Source: an uncultured Methanomicrobiales archaeon
GTDB lineage: Archaea > Halobacteriota > Methanomicrobia > Methanomicrobiales > Methanospirillaceae
DNA length: 64,000 nucleotides
NCBI GenBank assembly: GCA_963697895.1
Contig: OY969100.1
Location: forward strand, 1,600,001 to 1,664,000
Reading direction: 5' to 3'
Under the pieces are notes generated by a model, which saw nothing but the letters and a program-made list of their open reading frames with translations, was not told where the DNA came from and searched no databases. Position numbers and translations under genes: made by a program. This document shows, piece after piece, positions 50,338 through 60,129 of the stretch; positions within the stretch are counted from its first letter, which is position 1; each line of letters begins with the position of its first letter.

Positions 50338-50835
50338 ATGGCAAAGATTCAACTAAAAAAACGCCACCCGATCGGTAAGAGTGACGTTGTACGGCTGTTT
50401 GGCCGGCTCCGGGAGGAGTTAGGGGACGAGGCGGGCCTCTTCGTGAAGCAGCGGGTGGAGATCGTTGAGACAAACACCGATCTCGTAATATTTCTTATCG
50501 ATAAAAAACCCGTGATTATGGATCTTCGCGGGGTTATTTTCCCGACGCTCCGCGGCGCATTGGAACACCCTTTTGCAGGACGCCGGCTGACCGTTGACTC
50601 TGGAGCCGTCAGTTTCGTGGTGAACGGTGCAGACGTTATGCGGCCCGGGGTGGTCTCCGTCACTGATGATGTCCGGGCGGGCAGTCCTGTTCAGATTGTG
50701 GAGGAACGGCATGGAAAACCGATTGCGATAGGAATCGCCCTCTTTACTGCCGACGAGATCCGTGCACGGGAAACCGGGAAGGTATGCAGGAACATACATC
50801 ATGTGGGTGATGAAATCTGGACATTGGACTTCTGA
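50338..50835 (+). CDS. PUA-domain RNA-binding protein (Tma20/MCT-1-like)
   Basis: FPTL, VDSGAV.FV.NGADVMRPG, HHVGDEIW. Confidence 0.88.
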   Translation: MAKIQLKKRHPIGKSDVVRLFGRLREELGDEAGLFVKQRVEIVETNTDLVIFLIDKKPVIMDLRGVIFPTLRGALEHPFAGRRLTVDSGAVSFVVNGADVMRPGVVSVTDDVRAGSPVQIVEERHGKPIAIGIALFTADEIRARETGKVCRNIHHVGDEIWTLDF

Positions 50836-50944
50836 TCTCAGTTTCTGCATTGATCAAATTACCAGATCTGTATCCATATGACAGGAAAATGCGGGATTTT
50901 CATGATAGATACTATTAAATAAATCCCAATACACAATTTTTCGT

Positions 50945-51316
50945 ATGGCAAAGATACTGGATACTCTCCTGGGACGTACATCGACGACCTCGGAGGATGA
51001 TTATATGGACCTCGATCTCGCCTCATATGAAGAAGAAGAGGCCGGAGCACCTGCGCTCTATGTAAAGATTGCAACAGTCAGCGATATAAAGGATAGTCCG
51101 AAGATAAAGGATGAAGTATATAATGGTAATATTGTCATTGCTGATATCTCGCGTCTGAAAATGGACAAAGTCATGTACGAGCGGGTTTTAAAAGACCTGA
51201 AAGAAGTAGCAAAAGATGTGAATGGCGATATTATCGGGCTTGGAGACCAGCGGTATGTGGTCATTACGCCGATGTCGGTAAAGATATCCCGGGACAAGAT
51301 CGGCGGGGTTGTGTAG
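50945..51316 (+). CDS. sepF: Cell division protein SepF
   Basis: EVYNGNIVIADIS, GDIIGLG...VVITP..VKI. Confidence 0.85.
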   Translation: MAKILDTLLGRTSTTSEDDYMDLDLASYEEEEAGAPALYVKIATVSDIKDSPKIKDEVYNGNIVIADISRLKMDKVMYERVLKDLKEVAKDVNGDIIGLGDQRYVVITPMSVKISRDKIGGVV

Positions 51317-51840
51317 TGCGGACGGTCGTGCCCGGTCCGTGCCCGATTTGCAATACAGAGGTTGAATATATCTACCAGACAGAAAATATCCCCTATTTTT
51401 CTGATATTCTTATTATCCGTGCAATGTGCGACAACTGCGGGTACCGATATGTGGACACGCAGGTGCTGACGGAGTCGGAGCCTTCCTGCTGGGAAATAGC
51501 GGTAACTTCTCCCGAAGATCTTAGTGTACGGATCGTCCGCAGTATGTCAGGTACGATACGCATCCCGGAGTTGGGAGTCCGGATAGATCCGGGTGTCGCC
51601 TGTGAGGGATTTGTGAGCAATGTCGAAGGTATCCTCTGTCGTATCGAGCAGATCATTGACATGGTGATCAGATCGGCCGATCACGAACAGCGGGAGGCCG
51701 CTCTTTCACTAAAAAAGAAGATCGCCGGTGTCAGGGAAGGGGTTATGCCCATGACCCTGATCATCGAGGATCCCTCCGGCAACAGCGTTATCATCGCGGA
51801 CAAGGCAAAAAAGACCGAATATTGTGAGGAGTCCGGATGA
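51316..51840 (+). CDS. ZPR1 zinc-finger protein
   Basis: CPIC, IPYF, CDNCGY, IPELG...PG, EG..SNVEG, DPSGNS. Confidence 0.9.
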   Translation: MRTVVPGPCPICNTEVEYIYQTENIPYFSDILIIRAMCDNCGYRYVDTQVLTESEPSCWEIAVTSPEDLSVRIVRSMSGTIRIPELGVRIDPGVACEGFVSNVEGILCRIEQIIDMVIRSADHEQREAALSLKKKIAGVREGVMPMTLIIEDPSGNSVIIADKAKKTEYCEESG

Positions 51841-51845
51841 GCGGG

Positions 51846-52838
51846 CTACAGGATCTCCTCATCGCGCAGCCGGACACCTGGTTCCGGGATAATTTCGCCG
51901 ACAACTCGTGAACCAGGGATTTCCATAAGGATTGGTGGCACACTCACATCCGGAACAACATAGGCATACCCCATCCCCATGTTGAAGGTCCGGTACATTT
52001 CTGTTTCCGGTATGCCGGCTGATTCCGCCATCCAAGTGAAAAGTTTCTGAGGCTTCAAAGGATTCCTGATATCGAACCCGAACCTGCTGAGCCGCAGGAA
52101 ATTCAGGAGTCCGCCACCGGTTATGTGGCACATGCCGTTCACACGGACCTTCTGTGAAACAGTCAGGCTCTCGTGGTAAATCCGGGTCGGTACCAGGAGC
52201 TCCTCTCCTATTGTCCTTCCGTTTCCACACGGTTCATCATAATCCGAATGCTGCTCGACCACTCGTCGCGCAAGGGTCAGACCGTTGCTATGTATTCCAC
52301 TCGAGGGGACACCGATAATCCGGTCTCCAGGGCGGATTCTCTCTCCGGTGACGATTTTGTCCTTCTCCTGAACACCAAGGCACGTTCCGGCCAGATCAAC
52401 CCCGGTAATCAGGCCCCTGAGGGTTGCCGTCTCTCCGCCAACAATATTAATATTCGCCCTCATTGCTCCCTCGTTAAGCCCAATCCCGATTTGGGACATT
52501 TTCTCGGAAGAGAGGCGATCTGTCGCAATATAGTCGACAAAAGCGATAGGTTCGACATTCATCACGTAGAGATCGTTCACGTTCATCGCAATGCAGTCGA
52601 TTCCGACCGTTGTCCAGTTCTGGAGATGGTCTGCAACCAACATCTTTGTCCCCACGCCGTCTGTTGTCAGGGCAAAGATCTTCTTACCACCGTCGATGAG
52701 ACCGGCAAAGTGCCCGACATCTCCCATCATCCGGTAGTCACCGCTCCGCCTGAAGGTGATCTGCCGGAGAAGGGCCTTGATCGCATCCGCCTCCAGTCCT
52801 ATATCTACCCCGGCCTCACGGTAGGCATGTTCACTCAT
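51846..52838 (-). CDS. purM: Phosphoribosylformylglycinamidine cyclo-ligase
   Basis: Y.EAGVDI, TDGVGTK, GGETA, SSGIHSNG, HITGGG, FNMGMG. Confidence 0.96.
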   Translation of the reverse strand: MSEHAYREAGVDIGLEADAIKALLRQITFRRSGDYRMMGDVGHFAGLIDGGKKIFALTTDGVGTKMLVADHLQNWTTVGIDCIAMNVNDLYVMNVEPIAFVDYIATDRLSSEKMSQIGIGLNEGAMRANINIVGGETATLRGLITGVDLAGTCLGVQEKDKIVTGERIRPGDRIIGVPSSGIHSNGLTLARRVVEQHSDYDEPCGNGRTIGEELLVPTRIYHESLTVSQKVRVNGMCHITGGGLLNFLRLSRFGFDIRNPLKPQKLFTWMAESAGIPETEMYRTFNMGMGYAYVVPDVSVPPILMEIPGSRVVGEIIPEPGVRLRDEEIL

Positions 52839-54231
52839 CGCATTCCTCTGAAAGCCGGAACTCATCGTGGAGGATGCGGACAGCCTTCGGCCCGTCTTCC
52901 TCTTTAACCACAAACGAAATATTCACCTCCGAAGAACCCTGGGAGATCATCTTCACGTTGATATCTGCATCTCCGAGCGCCGTAAATATTCTCCCCCCCG
53001 TCCCTTTGGCCCCCGCCATGCCTGACCCAACGACTGCAACGGCGCATATATCGCAGTTCGCGGTTACTTCTCGAATTACCCCCTGTTTTGCAAGAGGCGA
53101 GAGAGCATCCATCGCGTTCTCGAGCTGCATTTCATCGATTATCAACGATATATTCGCTTCCGATGAACCCTGGGAGATCATCATCACATTCACGTCCGCA
53201 TCAGCGAGGGCAGAAAAGATCGCTTTTGCGACTCCCGGTCTCCCGATCATCTGGACTCCGGTGATATTAACCGCAGCTACCTTTTCGATGTAGGTAAGGG
53301 CTTTCACCACGCGACTTTCACATCGTTCGCCCCGGACAATTGCAGTACCCGGGTACGAAGGGTTAAAGGTGTTCCTGACCCGGACGATGATGTCTTTCTT
53401 CATGGCAGGCTCGATCGATCTTGGATGCATTACCTTTGCTCCGAAGAACGAGAGTTCCATGACTTCAAGATATGAAATAGAGGGAATGACACGGGCATCA
53501 CCGATAACGCGGGGATCTGATGTCATAATTCCGTCGACATCGGTCCAGATCCATATTTCATCCGCATCGAGCCCCGCTCCTATCACTGCTGCCGAATAAT
53601 CTGAACCACTTCTGCCAAGGGTTGTCACTATGCCTTTCTCCGTGCAACCCATGAAGCCCATAATCACCGGGACATTGCCGGTCAGCAGGGGCAAAATACG
53701 ACCTTTGATATGCCCTTCGCTCGAAGGCAGGGCCATCGCCTCCCCATGCTGCGATGTGGTGATAATCCCCGCCTCGCAGCCGTCAAGAACAACGGACGGG
53801 ATGCCCTTCTGGCGAAGTGCAGCCGATATGATCGGTGCATTAAGCCGTTCTCCAAACGTGATGATGTAATCCCGGGATCGGGGAGTCAGCTCACGGAGAT
53901 TAAAAACCGCGTTCAGGATATTCTGGAGACTGTCCAATCGTTCTTCGAGCACATCACTGACCTCATCGGCCTGGTCTTTCGCCACCCCGTCGAGCACTTT
54001 CCAGTGCCGTAACCGAAGGGACTGTATAAAAGGTTCAATGGCGCTATTATCCCGGCTGTTCACGAGTTCGTGAGCTATTGCGATCATCTGGTCTGTTACA
54101 CCCCGTTGGGCAGAGATCACGACTGCAACCTCATTTCCGGCCGAGTAATATTGGTGGATGATATCAACCACCCGGGAGACGCTTCCTGCATCGGCGACTG
54201 AAGTCCCGCCGAACTTCATTAAAAACCTCAT
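52831..54231 (-). CDS. Aspartate kinase
   Basis: KFGGTSV, LGRSGSDYSA, TDVDG, two ACT domains (ISQGSSE). Confidence 0.95.
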   Translation of the reverse strand: MRFLMKFGGTSVADAGSVSRVVDIIHQYYSAGNEVAVVISAQRGVTDQMIAIAHELVNSRDNSAIEPFIQSLRLRHWKVLDGVAKDQADEVSDVLEERLDSLQNILNAVFNLRELTPRSRDYIITFGERLNAPIISAALRQKGIPSVVLDGCEAGIITTSQHGEAMALPSSEGHIKGRILPLLTGNVPVIMGFMGCTEKGIVTTLGRSGSDYSAAVIGAGLDADEIWIWTDVDGIMTSDPRVIGDARVIPSISYLEVMELSFFGAKVMHPRSIEPAMKKDIIVRVRNTFNPSYPGTAIVRGERCESRVVKALTYIEKVAAVNITGVQMIGRPGVAKAIFSALADADVNVMMISQGSSEANISLIIDEMQLENAMDALSPLAKQGVIREVTANCDICAVAVVGSGMAGAKGTGGRIFTALGDADINVKMISQGSSEVNISFVVKEEDGPKAVRILHDEFRLSEECDE

Positions 54232-54294
54232 TTTCGGCTCACTTTGTCCTTTACCAGCTATTTATGTACGTATAGACCCCACCTAATTAATAAG

Positions 54295-55920
54295 ATGCCG
54301 TCGTGCGAAGTTATCGATTGTCATGTTCTCGTGATCGGGAGCGGCGGAGCTGGAGTACGGGCAGCGATAGAGGCCTCCGGGTATGGAGATACAGTGCTCG
54401 TATCAAAGACCATCGTCGGAAAAGGGGGCTGTACCACGATGGCTGAAGGCGGCTATAACGCAGTCCTCAGGGAAGGAGATTCATGTGATATTCATTTTGG
54501 CGACACTATGAAGGGGGGTGCTTATTTGAACGACCGCGAAATGGTTGAAATCCTCGTCCGTGAGTCCCCCGATCGCATGAACGACCTTATCCGGTGGGGA
54601 GCGGTCTTTGATATAACGGAAAAAGGGGAGATCGCACAACGGCCGTTCGGTGGACAACGATTTCCCCGTACCTGTTACGCAGGTGACAGGACGGGTCACG
54701 AGATGATGATGACCCTTCTCGAGCGGCTTTCTTCCTCTCCGGTCACCATCTACAATGAGATAGCAATCATTTCATTGCTTAAAGAAGGCGATACCGTGGG
54801 AGGAGCCCTCGGCCTGGATCGTAAAGGTGAGATGTTGGCATTCCGAGCTCACAACACGGTGCTTGCGACAGGCGGGGGTACTCGGATTTTTGATATATCC
54901 ACCAATTCCTCCAGTGGGACCGGTGATGGATATGCGCTGGGATATCATGCAGGTGCCACGTTGATAGACATGGAACAGGTACAGTTCCACCCGACGGGTG
55001 CGATACATCCCTATGATGCCCGGGGCAGGCTGGTGACCGAAGCGGTCCGCGGGGAGGGAGGTATCCTGAAGAACTGCCATGGGGAGCGGTTCATGGAACG
55101 ATATGACAAGGAGCGGATGGAACTCTCCACGCGGGATGTGGTCGCTCGAGCCATCGCCACCGAAATCCTCGAGGGCAAGGGGACCATTAATGGGGGTGTT
55201 TACCTGGATGTCACCCATCTCCCCGCCTCTCGGATAGAGGAGCGGCTACCTGTCATGCTTGAGCAGTTCCTCACATTCGGGGTGGATATCAGAACAGAGC
55301 CGATGGAAGTCGCTCCAACGGCACATCATATGATGGGTGGCCTCCGTATCACCCCCGAATGTAAGACAACAGTTCCGGGTCTCTTTGCCTGTGGGGAGGT
55401 TTCAGGAGGAGTGCACGGGGCAAACCGCCTCGGCGGTAATGCTCTTGCGGAAACGCAGGTATTCGGAAAGCGGGCCGGTGAGGCAGCAGGAAAATCACCC
55501 GATCGGAATATCCTGATCGATGATAACCAGATCTCAATCCAGGAGGACAGGCTTAATCGATTTCTCTGCGGGGAGATCAATACCGCAAATGCGATACAGT
55601 CCCTGCGATCTGCGATGTGGGAGGGGGCGGGCATCTTCCGCACCGCAGAAGGTCTTGAAAATACCCTCGTCACCATCGGTCATCTTTCAACATTGGATCT
55701 CTATGCCGCGACACCCTACAACCTTGCAGAGTGCTGTATATTTGAGAATATGTGTACAACCGCCTCACTTGTCGTCCGGGGTGCTTTGCTCCGAAAAGAG
55801 TCCCGGGGCGCACATGTCCGGAGAGATGTTAAACAGGCCTGGGATGCCGAACATTCACCGTACCGGCATACATACCTGTCTTGCAACGTGGCAGGCATAG
55901 AAACAGGTGTATGGGCATGA
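54295..55920 (+). CDS. tfrA: Thiol (CoM/CoB):fumarate reductase subunit A
   Basis: GSGGAG, MAEGG lacking the covalent-FAD His, QFHPT, TEAVRGEGG, HGANRLGGN. Confidence 0.92.
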   Translation: MPSCEVIDCHVLVIGSGGAGVRAAIEASGYGDTVLVSKTIVGKGGCTTMAEGGYNAVLREGDSCDIHFGDTMKGGAYLNDREMVEILVRESPDRMNDLIRWGAVFDITEKGEIAQRPFGGQRFPRTCYAGDRTGHEMMMTLLERLSSSPVTIYNEIAIISLLKEGDTVGGALGLDRKGEMLAFRAHNTVLATGGGTRIFDISTNSSSGTGDGYALGYHAGATLIDMEQVQFHPTGAIHPYDARGRLVTEAVRGEGGILKNCHGERFMERYDKERMELSTRDVVARAIATEILEGKGTINGGVYLDVTHLPASRIEERLPVMLEQFLTFGVDIRTEPMEVAPTAHHMMGGLRITPECKTTVPGLFACGEVSGGVHGANRLGGNALAETQVFGKRAGEAAGKSPDRNILIDDNQISIQEDRLNRFLCGEINTANAIQSLRSAMWEGAGIFRTAEGLENTLVTIGHLSTLDLYAATPYNLAECCIFENMCTTASLVVRGALLRKESRGAHVRRDVKQAWDAEHSPYRHTYLSCNVAGIETGVWA

Positions 55921-57392
55921 AGGATCTAACGGTCAGAGTCTTCCGGTTCAACCCCGATTTCGATCAGGCGCCCCGGTATGAGACGTACCAAATCCGGGTG
56001 AACGAAGGGGCAAGGGTACTGCACGCACTTCATGCGATCCATGATGAACTCGATCCAACCCTCTCCTATCGGTACTGCTGCAGTTCGGGCCAGTGCGGTT
56101 CCTGTGCTGTACGGGTCAACGGGGAACCCCGTCTTGCCTGCATGGAAGAGGCCACGGATGGGATGATGATCGAGCCCCTCGACCTCCCGATCAAAAAAGA
56201 TCTTGTAGTGGATATGGAACCGATGCTCTCTCTCCTTCCGGTCATCGAGCCCGGAATGGAATGCAGGTTGCCAACACGGGAGGAGATCGAGCTGATGAAG
56301 CCTCTCCGGAGCTGCATCGAATGTCTCGCCTGCGTCTCGGCGTGTCCGGCCCTGAAAGTGGCTGAATTTGCAGGTCCGACGGCGATGCGCCAGCAAATGC
56401 GACTCGCTCTCGATTCCCGGGATACAAAAGACCGGATTTCGGAAGCGATCGAACAGGGACTCTTTACCTGCACCACCTGCCAGAAATGTGTTGAGGTCTG
56501 CCCGAAAGAGATTCGGACACCGGGTAAAGCGGTGGAGAAGCTGCGTGAGCTTGCGAACCGGAGGGGCCTGACCCTCCCCCGGCACCAGGAGGTCTCCCGG
56601 CTTATCGAGGAGACAGGCAGGAGTGTTACCCGGAGTGGACCAACCTTCCTCGAGCAGGTTCCCGAAATAATCGAACCGTACGGGGAGGTCCGGGGGGAGG
56701 TCGGATTTTTCATCGGGTGCATGTATAATTGCCGCCTTCCCCGGACTGCCCTCGATATGATTGAAGTAATGCGGAGAAACGGTATACGAGTAATCATTCC
56801 CCATGAACAGGTCTGTTGTGGATCTCCTCTTATCAGAACGGGTCAGACGGGCTTACTTCCGAACCTGATGCAGAGAAATATTGATGCATTTGCCTTCCGC
56901 GGTATAAAGATGGTCATGACGATGTGTGCCGGTTGCGGGGCAACGCTGAAAAAGGACTATCAAACGCCATTCGAGGTACTCGATGTGACCGAAGTCCTGA
57001 CCCGGTTTGGTATCGAATCGCCGGAAAGGCTTCCCGTTCGGGCGACCTATCACGATCCGTGCCATCTCCTGAGAGGTCAGGGCATATCTGAGGAGCCGAG
57101 AGAGCTTTTGAAAAAGGCGGTTACTGAGTTTGTAGAAATGCCTGCCCAATGCTGCGGTGCCGGGGGTGGTGTCCGTTCAGGTCTCCCCGATGAGGCGGCA
57201 GCCTTGGGAACGGTACGGGGAGAGGAGATTCGAAAAACCGGTGCAGATCTGGTCGTAACTGCATGCCCGTTCTGTGAGTTCCATATCCGGGAACATACCG
57301 ATGTTCCCGTGAAACACATCGCGACCGTCCTCCTTGAGGCATACCAGAAAAAGGACCGGAAGAATGCCGTAACAGCCCAAGGCTGCGAATAA
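55917..57392 (+). CDS. tfrB: Thiol:fumarate reductase subunit B
   Basis: 2Fe-2S and 4Fe-4S motifs fused to two CCG domains (VCCG, HDPCHL, CCGAGGG, ACPFC). Confidence 0.92.
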   Translation: MKDLTVRVFRFNPDFDQAPRYETYQIRVNEGARVLHALHAIHDELDPTLSYRYCCSSGQCGSCAVRVNGEPRLACMEEATDGMMIEPLDLPIKKDLVVDMEPMLSLLPVIEPGMECRLPTREEIELMKPLRSCIECLACVSACPALKVAEFAGPTAMRQQMRLALDSRDTKDRISEAIEQGLFTCTTCQKCVEVCPKEIRTPGKAVEKLRELANRRGLTLPRHQEVSRLIEETGRSVTRSGPTFLEQVPEIIEPYGEVRGEVGFFIGCMYNCRLPRTALDMIEVMRRNGIRVIIPHEQVCCGSPLIRTGQTGLLPNLMQRNIDAFAFRGIKMVMTMCAGCGATLKKDYQTPFEVLDVTEVLTRFGIESPERLPVRATYHDPCHLLRGQGISEEPRELLKKAVTEFVEMPAQCCGAGGGVRSGLPDEAAALGTVRGEEIRKTGADLVVTACPFCEFHIREHTDVPVKHIATVLLEAYQKKDRKNAVTAQGCE

Positions 57393-57540
57393 TTTCCGAC
57401 CCTGTTTTCCTGTTTTATACAGATCTTTCCGGATCTAGAATCATGCAGAGACGAGTACGGAAAAGAGGAAATATTCCCCGGGAAATAAAACCGCCTATTC
57501 CCAGGAATCTGTCATTATTCTGATATGAAAGCATAAAAAT

Positions 57541-57906
57541 TTATTTTCTTATCATTGCACCGATCGCACCGCCGATCCATCCGAGGATAACGAAATATAT
57601 GACGACGATGAATACCAACAGAACACCTGCAAATACGGCGAACGGTTCAAGAATCCCCTGCAGGATTGCGGTACCCAGCAAATAATCGATGGAGACTACA
57701 ACCCCCCCAATGATACCCGCAATCAGTCCCGCCTTACCACCCTCAATGAGGTTCCGCCGCACAATCAGGCCCGCGACCAGCCCGCCGATGAAAGGGCCGA
57801 GAAGGGGGATAAATTTCAATAAATTTACGGTAATAAGCGCGAAGGCGAGCATCACCAGGAATCCTATTATGACCGCCATCCAGAATTTGTCCCGCTCTTC
57901 TACCAT
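57541..57906 (-). CDS. Small Gly-rich membrane protein (DUF5518-like)
   Basis: GPFIGGLVAG...G..AGLIAG...IGGAIG. Confidence 0.7.
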   Translation of the reverse strand: MVEERDKFWMAVIIGFLVMLAFALITVNLLKFIPLLGPFIGGLVAGLIVRRNLIEGGKAGLIAGIIGGVVVSIDYLLGTAILQGILEPFAVFAGVLLVFIVVIYFVILGWIGGAIGAMIRK

Positions 57907-58119
57907 GGGAAAAAAATCAGTGGAACCATTATAAATAGATTCGGAATTGACTTGAAGGCTTGATTTCACCCTCTTGGCGCGAATTCTGCCGGATACGGAG
58001 GTCCCGGAAAACAACCTGCCAATCACCCAGTATCGATCTTCAGAAAAGAGATTATTTGCACATGTTCCTCACCCGCTATCCGGGTCTACTGATAGTCCGG
58101 CGATTCCAGGAAGTACAGA

Positions 58120-58677
58120 TCAAATCAGGAAGGGAAAAAGAGTAAGAAGGACGCAGATACTGATTGGAATCGTGAGATTGTCATCCACGGGCGAGATCAA
58201 CTCTACCATACCGGCAACAACCGATATCGTTCCCGCGCCTGCAGGGCTGACTATCAGGAGGAGCGGGAAAAAAGTTGCGATTATTCCGAATACAGTCCCT
58301 TCCAGGGTTTTATTATTCCATATCCGTGTTTTTCCGAATCGTTTCCCTGCAATGGCTGCAACGGAATCGAGTATGGAAAGCGCAACAACTGCCGGAGCGA
58401 CGACCGGTACCGGGAACACAATCAGGCAGAACAGAGCACTGGCGGTAAAATAGAGAGCACCTCTCCCGGGAAGTGAATCCTCCCGATCGAGATATTTTAC
58501 GAACCGGGAGATGAAGGGTATTGGATATCCCCGTCCTATCAATTCTGAGAGGATCAGGCCTGCAAGTAGAGCGAGGGCGAGAATTTCTATTACGAATTCG
58601 CGCGGGAGGGTGATGATGAGACCGGCAATCGCGAGGCCGAACACGAGATGGACAAGTTTCCGGATCGTTTCCCGCAT
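58120..58677 (-). CDS. SEC59/DGK1/VTE5-type CTP-dependent polyprenol kinase family
   Basis: RKLVH, D..AA..GK.FG, KTLEG, DDNLTIP. Confidence 0.85.
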   Translation of the reverse strand: MRETIRKLVHLVFGLAIAGLIITLPREFVIEILALALLAGLILSELIGRGYPIPFISRFVKYLDREDSLPGRGALYFTASALFCLIVFPVPVVAPAVVALSILDSVAAIAGKRFGKTRIWNNKTLEGTVFGIIATFFPLLLIVSPAGAGTISVVAGMVELISPVDDNLTIPISICVLLTLFPFLI

Positions 58678-58817
58678 GAGAAAAACTTCAATCCCGCGGG
58701 TAGTTAATGTAACTGTTCACTCCCGGGTATAACCGCCTGTTTGCGGGATATCATAAAATATACGGCTCCTCCAGAGGAGCGTTCATAAGATATCATGGCA
58801 ATATCCTTCTGAACAGA

Positions 58818-60104
58818 TTGCCACAATGTATCACTCCCGGGGTGGTGGAGGAGTATCTTAAACTCTTTTCCCTTCCGGGTTCTTGCCATAGAGACCCGAT
58901 TTCGCCTGCCTATACAACCCAGGTTAAATATATTACGATCGATAACATTCCAATCCCACAATTCACGAATGAATTCTGGACTTCCGGGCAGCGAAGGGCT
59001 TCTTCTATTCACGAGATCTCATATCGGGCCTGCTTTAAACCCCAACTCCCTCATTTTTTCATCGGGCTCCTTACGGATATCAACGATGTGGTATATGACC
59101 CTTTTAGTGGACGGGGAACGACCGTAATCGAAGCCGGTTTAATGGACAGGCGTTGTATTGCAAATGATGCAAATCCGCTGTCCCGGATCCTTATCAGACC
59201 ACGTTTCTTTGCACCTAATCTGCAGGATGTAAAAACCCGCCTCGCAGAGATCCCGATATTCTATCAATCGGAAGCGGAGATCGATCTCAGCATGTTTTAT
59301 CAGGGGAAAACCGAGGCGGAGATTGTCTCGCTCAGGGAATATCTGAACGATCGCAAACGAACAGGTGCAGAGGATGAGGTGGACGGGTGGATACGTATGG
59401 TAGCGACCAATCGCCTGACGGGACATTCAAAGGGATTTTTCTCAGTTTATACTCTTCCGCCCAACCAGGCGGTCAGCAGGGAAAGTCAGATAAAGATAAA
59501 CGAAAAGAGAAAACAGATTCCGGAATATCGAAATACCCATGATATTATCCTGAAAAAAACAGCATCCCTCCTCCGGACCCTCACTTCTGAGGATCGGACG
59601 AATCTTAGAAAAAATGGAGAGTCTGCCCTTTATTTCTCGGAAGATGCTCGAACTGTCAGGGGAATCGAGGATGGAACTGTCGGGCTTACGGTGACTTCAC
59701 CCCCCTTCCTTGATGTCGTGCAATATCCGAAGGATAACTGGCTTCGATGCTGGTTCAATTCGATCGATGATACGGAGATCTTCTCTGCAATCACCTTGGC
59801 GAGGACCCTTTCCGGATGGGAGAACGTAATGGGACGGGTGTTCCATGAACTTTTCCGGGTGACGGCTCCTGGCGGCTGGGTCGCGTTCGAGGTAGGGGAG
59901 GTCCGAAAAGGGACTATCCGGCTTGAAAATGCGGTAGTTCCTCTCGGGCACGCTGCAGGGTTCACTCCCGTCTGCATTCTGATCAACCGGCAGCAATTCA
60001 CGAAGACCGCCCATATATGGGGTATAGATAACAATGCGAATGGAACGAACACAAATCGGATCGTTATTTTCAGGAAAGAGGATGATAGGTTCGGGGAATC
60101 GTAA
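58818..60104 (+). CDS. Orphan amino-DNA methyltransferase (probably N4-cytosine)
   Basis: Motif I YDPFSGRGTT precedes catalytic TSPPF; no adjacent restriction gene. Confidence 0.8.
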   Translation: MPQCITPGVVEEYLKLFSLPGSCHRDPISPAYTTQVKYITIDNIPIPQFTNEFWTSGQRRASSIHEISYRACFKPQLPHFFIGLLTDINDVVYDPFSGRGTTVIEAGLMDRRCIANDANPLSRILIRPRFFAPNLQDVKTRLAEIPIFYQSEAEIDLSMFYQGKTEAEIVSLREYLNDRKRTGAEDEVDGWIRMVATNRLTGHSKGFFSVYTLPPNQAVSRESQIKINEKRKQIPEYRNTHDIILKKTASLLRTLTSEDRTNLRKNGESALYFSEDARTVRGIEDGTVGLTVTSPPFLDVVQYPKDNWLRCWFNSIDDTEIFSAITLARTLSGWENVMGRVFHELFRVTAPGGWVAFEVGEVRKGTIRLENAVVPLGHAAGFTPVCILINRQQFTKTAHIWGIDNNANGTNTNRIVIFRKEDDRFGES

Positions 60105-60129
60105 ACCCCCGGGTATGTAGGTCTGAACC

